Of a stretch of DNA of 64,000 nucleotides, positions 1 through 8,467 are shown one piece after another. Position numbers and translations under genes: made by a program. Under the pieces are notes generated by a model, which saw only the letters and a list, made by a program, of their open reading frames with translations, was not told the DNA's origin and ran no database searches. Within the stretch, counting starts at the first letter, position 1. Every line of letters begins with the position of its first letter. The DNA is from Alphaproteobacteria bacterium (GTDB lineage Bacteria; Pseudomonadota; Alphaproteobacteria; Micavibrionales; Micavibrionaceae), in contig JAMASZ010000056.1 of assembly GCA_023301585.1 (NCBI GenBank), positions 729 to 64,728 on the forward strand, written 5' to 3'.

Positions 1-120
1 CGCAAGGCGTCCGAAAGTCGCGAGACGATTTTCCAGGAAAGCATCGGGGCCGAGAAGCACGTAGATATCGACGGCATCGGGGTGGACAATCTGTTCACGA
101 GCCTCTTTGCGGGAATTTGA
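1..120 (+). CDS. 3' end of a gene starting left of the window (partial)
   Basis: Frame 1 is open from base 1 to TGA at 118-120 (..GIGVDNLFTSLFAGI*). Too short for any assignment and not in the ORF track. Confidence 0.25.
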   Translation, partial: RKASESRETIFQESIGAEKHVDIDGIGVDNLFTSLFAGI

Positions 121-131
121 CAGATTTTTTT

Positions 132-482
132 TCAGAAATTGTTGAAAATGATTTTGCTGAAGCCGCTGGAGTCGCTGAAGTAAACTCGGCCAACGCCATT
201 GTCTTTCATGAAGCTCATGCACTTGGAGCACGGCTTGGAATTCATGTAGCCTCCCTGAGAATTGACGCGACAGACGTAAACGACCAGGTGCTCGTACAGG
301 TGGTATTTGTCTATGTTCTTAATGGCGCTGACTTCGGCGTGGACTTTATCACGGTTGTATCCGCGTCCGACGATCGTGCTTCGGCGGTAGACGGCGATGG
401 ACCCGTGTCGAAATCGAGTGTGGTGTGATTTGAACGCGAGCTGTCTGCAGATGCTGAAGAAGTCCATATGATTTTTTTTCAT
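132..482 (-). CDS. Cytidine/deoxycytidylate deaminase-family zinc enzyme (dCMP deaminase-like)
   Basis: 116-aa ORF with ATG at 482. Zinc-ligand signatures H-A-E (VHAEVSAI) and P-C-x2-C (KPCSKCMSF) occur in canonical order and spacing. Confidence 0.8.
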   Translation of the reverse strand: MKKNHMDFFSICRQLAFKSHHTRFRHGSIAVYRRSTIVGRGYNRDKVHAEVSAIKNIDKYHLYEHLVVYVCRVNSQGGYMNSKPCSKCMSFMKDNGVGRVYFSDSSGFSKIIFNNF

Positions 483-586
483 CTGTGACTGGTGTTAGGA
501 GAAGTGAGCGTCGTCGTTGTCGCCCGCCATTCGTCTTGTTTTCAGCAAACGTTAGCCTCGATCGTACATACATACTGAAAAAAAAC

Positions 587-1669
587 ATGCTTCGATTTAC
601 GCGCTTCAACACGTCAGCTTTCCTCGCCCACGAGTCCTTGGAGTGCCAAAGGCTGGCGTCGGTCGATGCCGACTCGGTGTGCGCTCGGGGCATAAAGTTT
701 TTACTTCGCCAACTACTTGTATCCGTTCGCTTGACTATCGTACACTCCCGTGTCTTGAGGAGGTTTGTTTCACTCAGGGGGCTACCCGCGCACTCGAACA
801 CTGTTGTCAAATTCCGAGACATGTTGGTTTCCGGCGGTAAGGATGTCGTGGACGTAATCGAAACGACGAACGGCGTCATGATAACCGAGATTGACACGGA
901 CAAGGTCAGGCAACGCCTGGGAGAGGTCACGGCGCGGTGGCTGCAGAAACGGGGGCGTTTCGTCGCCAACGATCCCGAGACCGGGTTTTACAAGAGGCTG
1001 TTTCGTCTCAAATTTGTCTACGATCACCTCGGCGATGTGTACGCCGACAAGTACAACATCTATCAGGCAGCGTACGTGGATCCGTCTTACACCGTGCGGG
1101 CACTCCTGTGCTTCGTGATGCAAATCATTTCTTCTCTGGCGCTGATGAAGGAGGGGGTTGGTGATGGTGAAACGTCTCTGGCCCGTGACGATCGTCGTCC
1201 GGTGGATATGGTGCTCATCATCGTGACCATCATGTACATGTTCTACAACCTACCGGCGAACTCCATCACGTCGAGCATGAGCCACGACGTCATTCTCTTT
1301 GACGCCTTTGCAAGGATGAACATGTACAGGAAACTTGTCTTTGTGGCGATGGATCTTATCGTAAACTGTCTGATTCTCTCCCTCATGCCACTGGTGTCGG
1401 CAAGACTCCTGTACAAGACCGCAGACTCCTCCAGTATCGTCGCGACGTTGCTCTCGGTGTTCTTCGTCACCAGTCTCGACGACTCCGCGATTACCAAGAG
1501 CGAGTCCAACAACATGACTGCCTCGCAAACCGCCTTGCTGCGCGAGGTAACGGAAAAGGTCGACTCTTACGTCGACTCGGACGGCATGCGTGTCGTGGCC
1601 CACCTACCGTGGGTTGAAATGCTCCTCTTGGTCGCGTCTGTGATTGCATCCTACGTCGTTCTGCTATGA
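587..1669 (+). CDS. Hypothetical multi-pass membrane protein
   Basis: Track ORF 485..1669 opens on GTG; first ATG is 587 (MLRFTRF..). The C-terminal half has about five hydrophobic helices (ALLCFVMQIISSLALM, VDMVLIIVTIMYMF, LVFVAMDLIVNCLILSLMPLV, IVATLLSVFFVTSL, VEMLLLVASVIASYVVLL). No family recognised. Confidence 0.5.
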   Translation: MLRFTRFNTSAFLAHESLECQRLASVDADSVCARGIKFLLRQLLVSVRLTIVHSRVLRRFVSLRGLPAHSNTVVKFRDMLVSGGKDVVDVIETTNGVMITEIDTDKVRQRLGEVTARWLQKRGRFVANDPETGFYKRLFRLKFVYDHLGDVYADKYNIYQAAYVDPSYTVRALLCFVMQIISSLALMKEGVGDGETSLARDDRRPVDMVLIIVTIMYMFYNLPANSITSSMSHDVILFDAFARMNMYRKLVFVAMDLIVNCLILSLMPLVSARLLYKTADSSSIVATLLSVFFVTSLDDSAITKSESNNMTASQTALLREVTEKVDSYVDSDGMRVVAHLPWVEMLLLVASVIASYVVLL

Positions 1670-2572
1670 TGCGTTCTCTGTGATCGGCGCGATGCAGAAG
1701 CGCAGACACCCGATGCTTATCTCGAACCTCATGATCAAAGGGTAGTTGGTCTTGAGGAAGAGCTCGACGTTGTTCGCCAGGGAGTTCTTGGTAAACTTTT
1801 CAATGTATCTCGCGAAGTATTTCCCCTCGATGTCACCCCCCTTCTCGCTGTGCTTCCAGTTGAGACCCGATGCGGTGGGCTCGATCGTGATATGACTCCG
1901 CGCCATCTCTCCCTCGGACACTAGCTCGAGCGTCGTTGTCGTCGCTCTTATCGTGATGAAAGGGCTCACGGTGACCATCTCGCGCACGTGCTTGGAGAGT
2001 TCCGTCGACGGCATGGAAACAACGCGATCGAACTCCACCTGCGGAATGATGATGTCCTCGGCGTCCAGGTCGAGGAGCTTGATGGAGTTCACTGTCTTGG
2101 TGCGCCTCTCGGAGTTTGACAGCTCGATCTCCATGCGGTGCGGCTCGTCCTCGTAAATTCGCCACTCCATAAAGTCGTTGGAGGTCATGGATCGTATCAT
2201 CTTGTAGAGCACCACGACGTTGATGCCTGCCGTGACGGTATCCTTGACGTAGAAACTCTCGATGTTGTTGACCACGAGATGAATCATGGCCACGCGCCCG
2301 GGGTCGATCGAAACGAGACGAATTCCCTTGCCTTCGATGAAGTCCATGTTCACCTCGCTCAGCAGCTCTTTCAGGCACTCTATCAGAGACTTGAACTGAA
2401 GACACTGCGACGTCTGCATGAGCAGCAGCAGCGGTCTGGTCTGCGAGGGTTGCTCTCTCGGACCCATGTTATTGGGCATGGTCTCCATCAGCGCGTCTGC
2501 TCCCATGCTACAGGTCATCGTGGCCACCCTGGAGGAATTGGTATTCGTGTCGGCACTGTGTTGTCGATCCAT
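1664..2572 (-). CDS. PCNA: Proliferating cell nuclear antigen (sliding clamp)
   Basis: PCNA-like over about 250 aa (LQFKSLIECLKELLSEVNMDF..GIRLVSIDPGRVAMIHL.. LELVSEGEMA..YPLIMRFEI). Track start 2650 is TTG; first ATG is 2572. ATG 2419 (MQTSQCLQFK) would give a canonical 252-aa clamp. Confidence 0.85.
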   Translation of the reverse strand: MDRQHSADTNTNSSRVATMTCSMGADALMETMPNNMGPREQPSQTRPLLLLMQTSQCLQFKSLIECLKELLSEVNMDFIEGKGIRLVSIDPGRVAMIHLVVNNIESFYVKDTVTAGINVVVLYKMIRSMTSNDFMEWRIYEDEPHRMEIELSNSERRTKTVNSIKLLDLDAEDIIIPQVEFDRVVSMPSTELSKHVREMVTVSPFITIRATTTTLELVSEGEMARSHITIEPTASGLNWKHSEKGGDIEGKYFARYIEKFTKNSLANNVELFLKTNYPLIMRFEISIGCLRFCIAPITENAS

Positions 2573-2668
2573 CTTGTCGTGTGTCTCCGGTTTTTCCGGT
2601 GCGTGAGTGACGGAAGGGTCTCTCCCCGTGTCCGATAATGTTTTCTTCAAACAAAATAATTGGTGTTG

Positions 2669-2947
2669 ATGCTCCGAGCGACTTCACCCTCATCTCTTGT
2701 CCACATGGACGAAGACTTGTCCATGGACGCTTGCTTCGACTACTTTCGACGAAAAGACTCCAAGGTTGACGTCCTGTGGGTCAAGGAGCAGATTTACAGA
2801 ACCTCGTGTGTCCCCGAGACGTGTCCGCCTACGCGATCACTGGTCGAGATCTTTCGTGAAAGAAGTGAACGAAGCGACAGCGACGACGAGGATGCAAATC
2901 TTGAAAAAGGAGAAATTGCTGAAATTTCTCTTTCTCGCGACAATTAA
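2669..2947 (+). CDS. Small acidic hypothetical protein
   Basis: Track ORF 2660 opens on TTG; ATGs at 2669 and 2705 (MDEDLSMDACFDYF..). Acidic tail SDSDDEDANLEKGE. Stop TAA 2945-2947 sits one base before the next gene's ATG. Confidence 0.4.
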   Translation: MLRATSPSSLVHMDEDLSMDACFDYFRRKDSKVDVLWVKEQIYRTSCVPETCPPTRSLVEIFRERSERSDSDDEDANLEKGEIAEISLSRDN

Positions 2948-2948
2948 A

Positions 2949-3425
2949 ATGTTTTTTTCAGTCAAGTATAAAGGAGTGGAACCCATGACGAGTCCGACAC
3001 AGCAGGTCTGTGAGTACATTGATAGCGACCTTCCGCAGAGCTTCGGTGCCAACACGATATCAGAGATGTACGCCGCTCTGCAGAAAGATCTAGAGTTTAT
3101 CCGGACCAAGGGCGGCGTCGTCGACGCGAAGAAGATGGAGATGATTCTGCACCAGAGGCACAAGAAGCTGGCGTTTTCCTACCCCGGCTTGTTTTTCAGG
3201 ATTGTGCGAGGGGAAGTTGATCCGGCGATGTTGCAATCGTTGCTTAAGCTCAAAGAAAACCTAGACGATCAAAGTATTTCTCTCGATGACGCAAGGAACA
3301 GAGTTATTGACTGCGCCAAGCAGCAGATCGAAGACACCAAAGGCACGCCTAGGGTAAAGAAGGCCAAGCCGTCCGGGACGGTCGTCCAGGAACTCAGTTT
3401 CAAGTGCAAGCCAGAAGACTCATAA
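2949..3425 (+). CDS. Hypothetical protein
   Basis: Track ORF 2697..3425. The part upstream of Met85 is Arg-rich and looks off-frame, overlapping the better 2669 ORF. ATG 2949 gives 158 aa (MFFSVKYKGVEPMTSP..). No family recognised. Confidence 0.5.
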   Translation: MFFSVKYKGVEPMTSPTQQVCEYIDSDLPQSFGANTISEMYAALQKDLEFIRTKGGVVDAKKMEMILHQRHKKLAFSYPGLFFRIVRGEVDPAMLQSLLKLKENLDDQSISLDDARNRVIDCAKQQIEDTKGTPRVKKAKPSGTVVQELSFKCKPEDS

Positions 3426-3448
3426 AACAATCAATTAATCTACTTTAC

Positions 3449-5047
3449 TTATTTGGAGACCTCGATCTCGGGTCCCTTCTCAGGTTCCTTCCCGGGCCCC
3501 TTTTTGGCCTTCTTTGCCACGGGGGGACCTTCCATTTCTTGACCCCTGGCCTTTGTTTCGGCCTTGGCAGCACTGGCCGCCGCCCTAGCCTTCTTGGCCT
3601 CGGCGGCACGAGCATCCTTGACATCCTGTGTTTCTTTCGGGAAGTGCGGGCCGAGAAGAGAACACATCTTGAAGTACGTGATGGGGCCAAAGTCGGCCGC
3701 GGGCTTGAGCAGCTTCAGCATGGCCTCGTCCGGCAGGATCTCGATCTTTTTGGCCGGGTTCTGCAGTCCGTTGGCCTTGACATAGTTGTTGAGTAGCTTC
3801 ACCGTGTGGGTACGAGACACCATGTGACCCTCTTCGAGCCCAAGGAAGTCTGTCAGCTCCTTCGACACGACTACGGGCTTGGCGATGCCGTGGCACGCAC
3901 GTGGGCCGTCCTTGTTCATTTTCCTCTTCTTGCGCTTGCGCCTGAGGTCGCCAAAGTCGGCCGTGTTGCTCCTTGCGAAAGACAAAACCACCAGGCGCAA
4001 CCATTCCGCGGGAAGGTCGGGGTCTTCGGAGCCCCAGTCGTACGAGATGGGCGACCTCATTTCGGCCAGCGACTTGGCGATCTGGGTCCACATCGGTTCG
4101 ACGGCCTTGAACTCCTTGACCCTCGTGTCTCTGTCGCTGTCGTCCGCCTGCGCCATCTTGGAAAGCGACGAGCACAGCGACTGCAGCTGCACCTTCTTTA
4201 GGGACCGCATGACCTTGTTCAGGCAGTTGGCGAGGCCGGTGTTGCTGCCGTAGCCCGGGCAGAACCCGCCGGGAACGTTCGGTCCGATGGAGTCAGTGTT
4301 CTTCTTCAGCGTCGATCCGAACACTTCCAGGACTTTAGCGGAAGGCTTGAGGTGCGCCGTTGTGATGTCGAGGAACTCTTCGGGGCGGTCGCACACCCAG
4401 GCCGGGTCCAGGTTGATGTTCTTCTTGGGCACGCTCCTCGACTTCTTGCCGAGCTCGGGCTTGCGAAGCACCTGGTACGGAAGCGTTCCCGCCTTTTCGT
4501 TCATGAGCTGGTCGAGAACGTCGCGTCCGCCCTTGCTCCCGAGCAAGAGATACTCGGTCGTCGGACGCGTGGAGCCCTTGTTGTCCATATCCTTCCAGTA
4601 CCTGGGGAGCGTCAGAGGGGGGCACCTGATCTTCTTGGCGCGCTTCACGGCTGGCTTCGCCGCGGGCTTGTCGACGGCAGCCTCGGACGTGGTCTCGGCG
4701 GTCTCGGCGGTCTCGGCAGTCTCGGTGGCACCAACGTCTTCCCCAGCCGCTGTTACGGGCAGGGTCTTGGGCTTGGGCTCCGGTGGAGGGTAGGTAGCGA
4801 CGTCGCAGACCTGGTACACGGAATCAAACTTGAATCCTTGAAGCTTGAACAGCTCGATCGCGTCTTGAATGGTGTACGTGTCGGCCCACATGTACAGGAG
4901 GGCCTCGTCTTTGGTCAGAGCCGATAAGTCGATCTTTCCCATCTGTTCCACAGAAAGCTTGTTCCAGGGGGTGTTGACATACAGCGCGTCGTACTTGGTG
5001 TCTTCGGAAGCCTTGAGCTGCGCGACGGCGGAGATAAAGTTGTCCAT
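3449..5047 (-). CDS. MT-A70-like N6-adenine methyltransferase fused to a C-terminal SWIB/MDM2 domain
   Basis: First ATG is 5047 (track start TTG). MT-A70 layout: YDALYVNTPW (DPPW-type motif IV), LLYMWADTYT, FKLQGFKF, TEYLLLGSKGG, RPEEFLDI..VLEVFG. C-terminal SWIB: SKELTDFLGLEEGHMVSRTHTVKLLNNYVKANGLQNPAKKIEILPDEAMLKLL. Confidence 0.75.
   Translation of the reverse strand: MDNFISAVAQLKASEDTKYDALYVNTPWNKLSVEQMGKIDLSALTKDEALLYMWADTYTIQDAIELFKLQGFKFDSVYQVCDVATYPPPEPKPKTLPVTAAGEDVGATETAETAETAETTSEAAVDKPAAKPAVKRAKKIRCPPLTLPRYWKDMDNKGSTRPTTEYLLLGSKGGRDVLDQLMNEKAGTLPYQVLRKPELGKKSRSVPKKNINLDPAWVCDRPEEFLDITTAHLKPSAKVLEVFGSTLKKNTDSIGPNVPGGFCPGYGSNTGLANCLNKVMRSLKKVQLQSLCSSLSKMAQADDSDRDTRVKEFKAVEPMWTQIAKSLAEMRSPISYDWGSEDPDLPAEWLRLVVLSFARSNTADFGDLRRKRKKRKMNKDGPRACHGIAKPVVVSKELTDFLGLEEGHMVSRTHTVKLLNNYVKANGLQNPAKKIEILPDEAMLKLLKPAADFGPITYFKMCSLLGPHFPKETQDVKDARAAEAKKARAAASAAKAETKARGQEMEGPPVAKKAKKGPGKEPEKGPEIEVSK
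4691..4726. repeat. 9-bp tandem repeat (GGTCTCGGC x4) inside the methyltransferase linker
   Basis: Read directly; encodes (ETA)n: ATETAETAETAETT on the minus strand. Confidence 0.8.
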
Positions 5048-5270
5048 GTTGGGTGCGTCGGAAGAGGATTTACTTTCTGGATACAAAATTTATTTCGATT
5101 CGCGAACGCGTCCAAAAGTTTGTTGAATTTCAGGTGATCGGTGGGTGGGCACGAGGAATGAGACGGTGGGGCTCGTGTGCGAAAAGAAAAGTCATTAATA
5201 AATAAAATATCGTAAAGTAGGAAGGATCGGGTGCCACTCACTCTCTCGCCAATCCTAAACCTAATAAACC

Positions 5271-6530
5271 ATGTTCACCGAAAAAAAAATCACGGTGTAC
5301 AGAATCGAAGGCTGTTCCGTGTGCGACGAGACCCTCGAGTATCTCAGGAAGAGAGATGTGTCGCCCGTGGTCTACGTCGTGAAGAGTGGCACCGACGACA
5401 TGGCCGAGCTGGTGGGAGTGACAAAGTGCTCGACGTTCCCTCAGATCTTTGTTGATTCTCAGTTCATCGGCGGGTTCAGCGAGCTGAAGAAGACGACCAT
5501 CGACCGTCCGACGGAGTTTAGGGCAAAGGAACTCTCCGGCGAAATCGCCGAGCCCATGTGCAGGGAGGAAAAGGACTTCGACAGGTTCATTATGTTCAAC
5601 GGCAAGACCGAGTACGAGTACGCAGACATCCACCAGCTCTACAAGAAGCAGACGGCATTGTTCTGGGTCGTCGAGGAGATCGATCTGTCGGGTGACTCCA
5701 AGGACTGGGATGATGCCTCGGACAACACAAGACACTTCCTCAAGCTCGTGCTGGCATTCTTCGCCTCTCTGGACCAGATCGTCATGGAGAACATCGGCCT
5801 CAACTTCAGGAACGAGATCGTCATCCCTCAGATTCGAAACCATTTCGCGATCCAAGAGGCCACCGAGGCCGTGCACGGCGAATCGTACGCCCTCCTGATT
5901 CAGACCTACTTCAAGGACATTGACGAGCAGAGGCACGTCATGCGCTCCGTGCAGACGATGCCCATCATCCAAAAGAAGGCGCTCTGGGCGGAGAAGTGGA
6001 TGAACCCCGAGACCGCGTCGCTCGCAGAGAGGTTGATTGGGTTCACCTGCCTCGAGGGCGTCCAGTTCAGCGGATCGTTCTGCGCCATCTACTGGCTCAA
6101 GAAGCAGCAGAAGTTCAAGGGTCTGTCTTTCGCCAACTCCCTCATCGCGAGGGACGAGGGTCTGCACGCGACCGCGTCGGTGCTGATCTACAAGCACCTC
6201 GTGCACAAGCTTCCGCAAGACAGAGTACACCAGATTTTTGAGCACGCGGTCGGCGTCGAGTGCGACTTCATCTCCGAGGCCCTGCCTGTCGCTCTCATCG
6301 GCATCAGCGAAACGAGCATGGCGGAGTACATCAAGTTTGTCGCCGACTACTGGTTGGTGCAGCTAGGGTACGACAAGGTGTACAACTGCGCCAATCCGTT
6401 CGAGTGGATGGATATGATTTCTCTGCAGGGGAAGACCAACTTTTTTGAGAATAGAGTCGCCGAGTACAGCAAGCCGGGAGTGTTGCTCGACCGCGAGGAA
6501 CAGCGGTTCTGCACGGACGCAGATTTTTAA
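5271..6530 (+). CDS. Ribonucleotide reductase small subunit (R2) with N-terminal glutaredoxin-like domain
   Basis: ATG 5271. N-terminal Grx/NrdH-like fold: VYRIEGCSVCDETLEYL..TFPQIFVDSQFIGGFSEL. R2 core: FWVVEEIDLSGD, FFASLDQIVMENI, EAVHGESYALLI, EGVQFSGSFCAIYWL, ARDEGLH. Acidic C-terminal tail ends ..CTDADF. Confidence 0.9.
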   Translation: MFTEKKITVYRIEGCSVCDETLEYLRKRDVSPVVYVVKSGTDDMAELVGVTKCSTFPQIFVDSQFIGGFSELKKTTIDRPTEFRAKELSGEIAEPMCREEKDFDRFIMFNGKTEYEYADIHQLYKKQTALFWVVEEIDLSGDSKDWDDASDNTRHFLKLVLAFFASLDQIVMENIGLNFRNEIVIPQIRNHFAIQEATEAVHGESYALLIQTYFKDIDEQRHVMRSVQTMPIIQKKALWAEKWMNPETASLAERLIGFTCLEGVQFSGSFCAIYWLKKQQKFKGLSFANSLIARDEGLHATASVLIYKHLVHKLPQDRVHQIFEHAVGVECDFISEALPVALIGISETSMAEYIKFVADYWLVQLGYDKVYNCANPFEWMDMISLQGKTNFFENRVAEYSKPGVLLDREEQRFCTDADF

Positions 6531-6627
6531 TTCGATGCGTGTGACCGTGGCAAACGAGAGCGTGAAAGCCATCAATAAAATATGTGTTTTACCTTAAAGG
6601 GGTTCCAATTCCAACCGAGCGATCGGT

Positions 6628-8133
6628 ATGGATGGTCGTACAGACCCGTTCCCGATGATGCCGCAAGATCTCCTGATTGATTTCAATCAGTTCTTGCCCA
6701 CTGCCGAAAGGCAGCGAGCAGTCGCTGTCTCTCGACAGTGGAGGGATGGTATCACGTGCCTGCCTTCTCGGGACGTTTACAGAACAAACCTTCCCTGCCC
6801 TCCTTACGCGAGCAGCGTTGAACAGACGGCCGGCGCGGATCGAAGGTGTTGTGCAGCGACCAATCCTTCCGATGTGCGCTTTCTGAAGGCGATGATCTCG
6901 ATCGGCCACCCCAGAATTCACGCCCCCAACGCTTTCGCCAAGGTGACCAAGGTGTTTGGCGAGAACTTCGCCACATGGTTCTTCCGGAACAAGAACGGGC
7001 TGGGCATCCAACCTTTCCCGCTGACGGCCACCATGCCGCTCGACAACACCGAGCCCTGGTTCGATATGTTTCTCCAGTTTCTTTTTCACGCGAGCGACAT
7101 TCCGAGTGTGCGGGAAGTCAGTGCGTCGGGCGCGGCGGTGAGCACCTACCTTTTGTACCACAAGTCGGTTGGCGCTGGCGGAGGACTTGGCGGAGGACTT
7201 GGCGGAGGACTTGGCGGAGGACTTGGCGGAGGACTTGGCGGAGGATTTGGCGGAGGATTTGGCGGAGGATTTGGCGGAGGATTTGGCGGAGGATTTGGCG
7301 GAGGATTTGGAGGAGGACTTGGCGGAGGAGGACTTGGCGGAGGAGGACTTGGCGGAGGCGGTTTCGGCCTCGCTGGACCGGCGGGACCCGTGCGTGGTGG
7401 AGGAGTTTGGGGACACTGGAACCTTGGTCCCGGCGTGCATGGTAGAAGAGTGAAGGCCCTGATGAAAAAAACGGGGGTCACCGGCGTCGTTGTCGAGGTT
7501 GGTTCCGAGGGCGCGGTTGACGACGAGGGAAAGGTGAAGCCCTTGAAACCCGTGGCGCTTCCGTTCACCACATATGTCCACACGAACGACCCCGCTGGTC
7601 ACAGCACCTTCTACGGCGCGACCCCGTATGACACGCACGGATACGTTGACATCACGCGCCTGCCAAACGTGCTGCGGCATCGCAAATGTGGATACGGTGG
7701 AACATCGACTCTTAACTATCAACACGTTGCCGTTTTCGACAAGAATTTGTTGTGGCACAACGTTCTGGCCGACATTGTCCTGGCCATGTCCAAAAGCGAG
7801 AACCGCCTCGTGGTGTTGGAGTTTGCTTTTGGCTTCGGACCCGCTGCACGTCGGGTGGCTGTACCCGGTAAAAACTTCTTTCCGGAATTCGCTTGCCCCC
7901 CCGCCAATCGCCCAGAAGCGTCGCTGATGGACAGCGCTGCCATCCAAGCGGGCGCTCAGCTAAGTACACTCGGTATTCAGCGTTCCGTGCGCGTCAGTCG
8001 AGCAGACCCGGCCGTCACTCGGTGGCGAATCGACGACAGTGTGTTGGCAAACACTCCGACGCCTAAGGAAATCATCACTATATCTCTGCTCTACGGCACG
8101 TCCGCGGTCAAAATTCAGAAGAGTCTTGTGTGA
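6628..8133 (+). CDS. Hypothetical protein with F-box-like N-terminus and (GGLG/GGFG)n glycine repeat
   Basis: ATG 6628. N-terminus MPQDLLIDFNQFLPTAERQRAVAVSRQWRD resembles an F-box. Central GGLGGGLG..GGFGGGFG tract. A 452-aa antisense ORF also stays open across the repeat, so the strand choice is tentative. Confidence 0.5.
   Translation: MDGRTDPFPMMPQDLLIDFNQFLPTAERQRAVAVSRQWRDGITCLPSRDVYRTNLPCPPYASSVEQTAGADRRCCAATNPSDVRFLKAMISIGHPRIHAPNAFAKVTKVFGENFATWFFRNKNGLGIQPFPLTATMPLDNTEPWFDMFLQFLFHASDIPSVREVSASGAAVSTYLLYHKSVGAGGGLGGGLGGGLGGGLGGGLGGGFGGGFGGGFGGGFGGGFGGGFGGGLGGGGLGGGGLGGGGFGLAGPAGPVRGGGVWGHWNLGPGVHGRRVKALMKKTGVTGVVVEVGSEGAVDDEGKVKPLKPVALPFTTYVHTNDPAGHSTFYGATPYDTHGYVDITRLPNVLRHRKCGYGGTSTLNYQHVAVFDKNLLWHNVLADIVLAMSKSENRLVVLEFAFGFGPAARRVAVPGKNFFPEFACPPANRPEASLMDSAAIQAGAQLSTLGIQRSVRVSRADPAVTRWRIDDSVLANTPTPKEIITISLLYGTSAVKIQKSLV
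7177..7358. repeat. 12-bp tandem repeat (GGCGGAGGAYTT)n, about 13-15 units
   Basis: Read directly: ggcggaggacttggcggaggactt.. switching to ..ggatttggcggaggattt.. Confidence 0.9.
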
Positions 8134-8140
8134 GGGAGAG

Positions 8141-8458
8141 ATGTGCGATCAAATTTTATTTGGTATTTGGTATATATATGGGGCCGCCATGCCGAGGTGG
8201 GGAAAGAAAGACGGCGGAGACACCTCTCTTTTAAAATTGATGGAAGATCTGAAGCAACAACAGACTCATCTCGTTGACAGCATCAAGAACGAGAAGGACG
8301 GTTCTGACCTCCGTGTGTCCGGCGTTTTGTCCGACCTCGAAACCTACATGTCGAAACTCGAAACGATAATCGAACGTCTCGCGAACGTTACCGAAGCTCT
8401 GGTCGAGCAGAGCGATGCGGCGCAAAAGCCTTGGTACGTGCGACTATTCTGCCCGTAG
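8141..8458 (+). CDS. Small hypothetical coiled-coil protein
   Basis: Track ORF 8039 is not ATG-initiated and overlaps the upstream gene. ATGs at 8141 and 8189 (MPRWGKKDGG..). Heptad-like LLKLMEDLKQQQTHLVDSIK..LETYMSKLETIIERL. Confidence 0.35.
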   Translation: MCDQILFGIWYIYGAAMPRWGKKDGGDTSLLKLMEDLKQQQTHLVDSIKNEKDGSDLRVSGVLSDLETYMSKLETIIERLANVTEALVEQSDAAQKPWYVRLFCP

Positions 8459-8467
8459 TTCGTTTCG

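Noticed and set aside
349-1603. Several overlapping 65-206-aa ORFs on both strands around 349-1603
   Set aside because: They are nested within or antisense to the dCMP-deaminase-like and membrane-protein ORFs. They are Arg/Pro/Ser-rich, mostly non-ATG starts, and typical of spurious ORFs in GC-rich DNA.
5238-6245. 335-aa minus-strand ORF antisense to the RNR small subunit, and the similar 464-aa ORF (41064-42458) in another frame inside PolB
   Set aside because: Both overlap genes with unambiguous catalytic motifs. They have Arg/Leu/Gly/His-rich compositions typical of antisense or off-frame translation of GC-rich coding DNA.
6589-7947. 452-aa minus-strand ORF antisense to the Gly-repeat gene
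   Set aside because: It is kept open mainly by the 12-bp repeat and GC-rich antisense codons. Its composition is Ser/Ala/Lys repeat plus Arg/Gly-rich filler, and it has no recognisable N-terminal feature. The plus strand has an ATG and an F-box-like start. It is not excluded without expression data.
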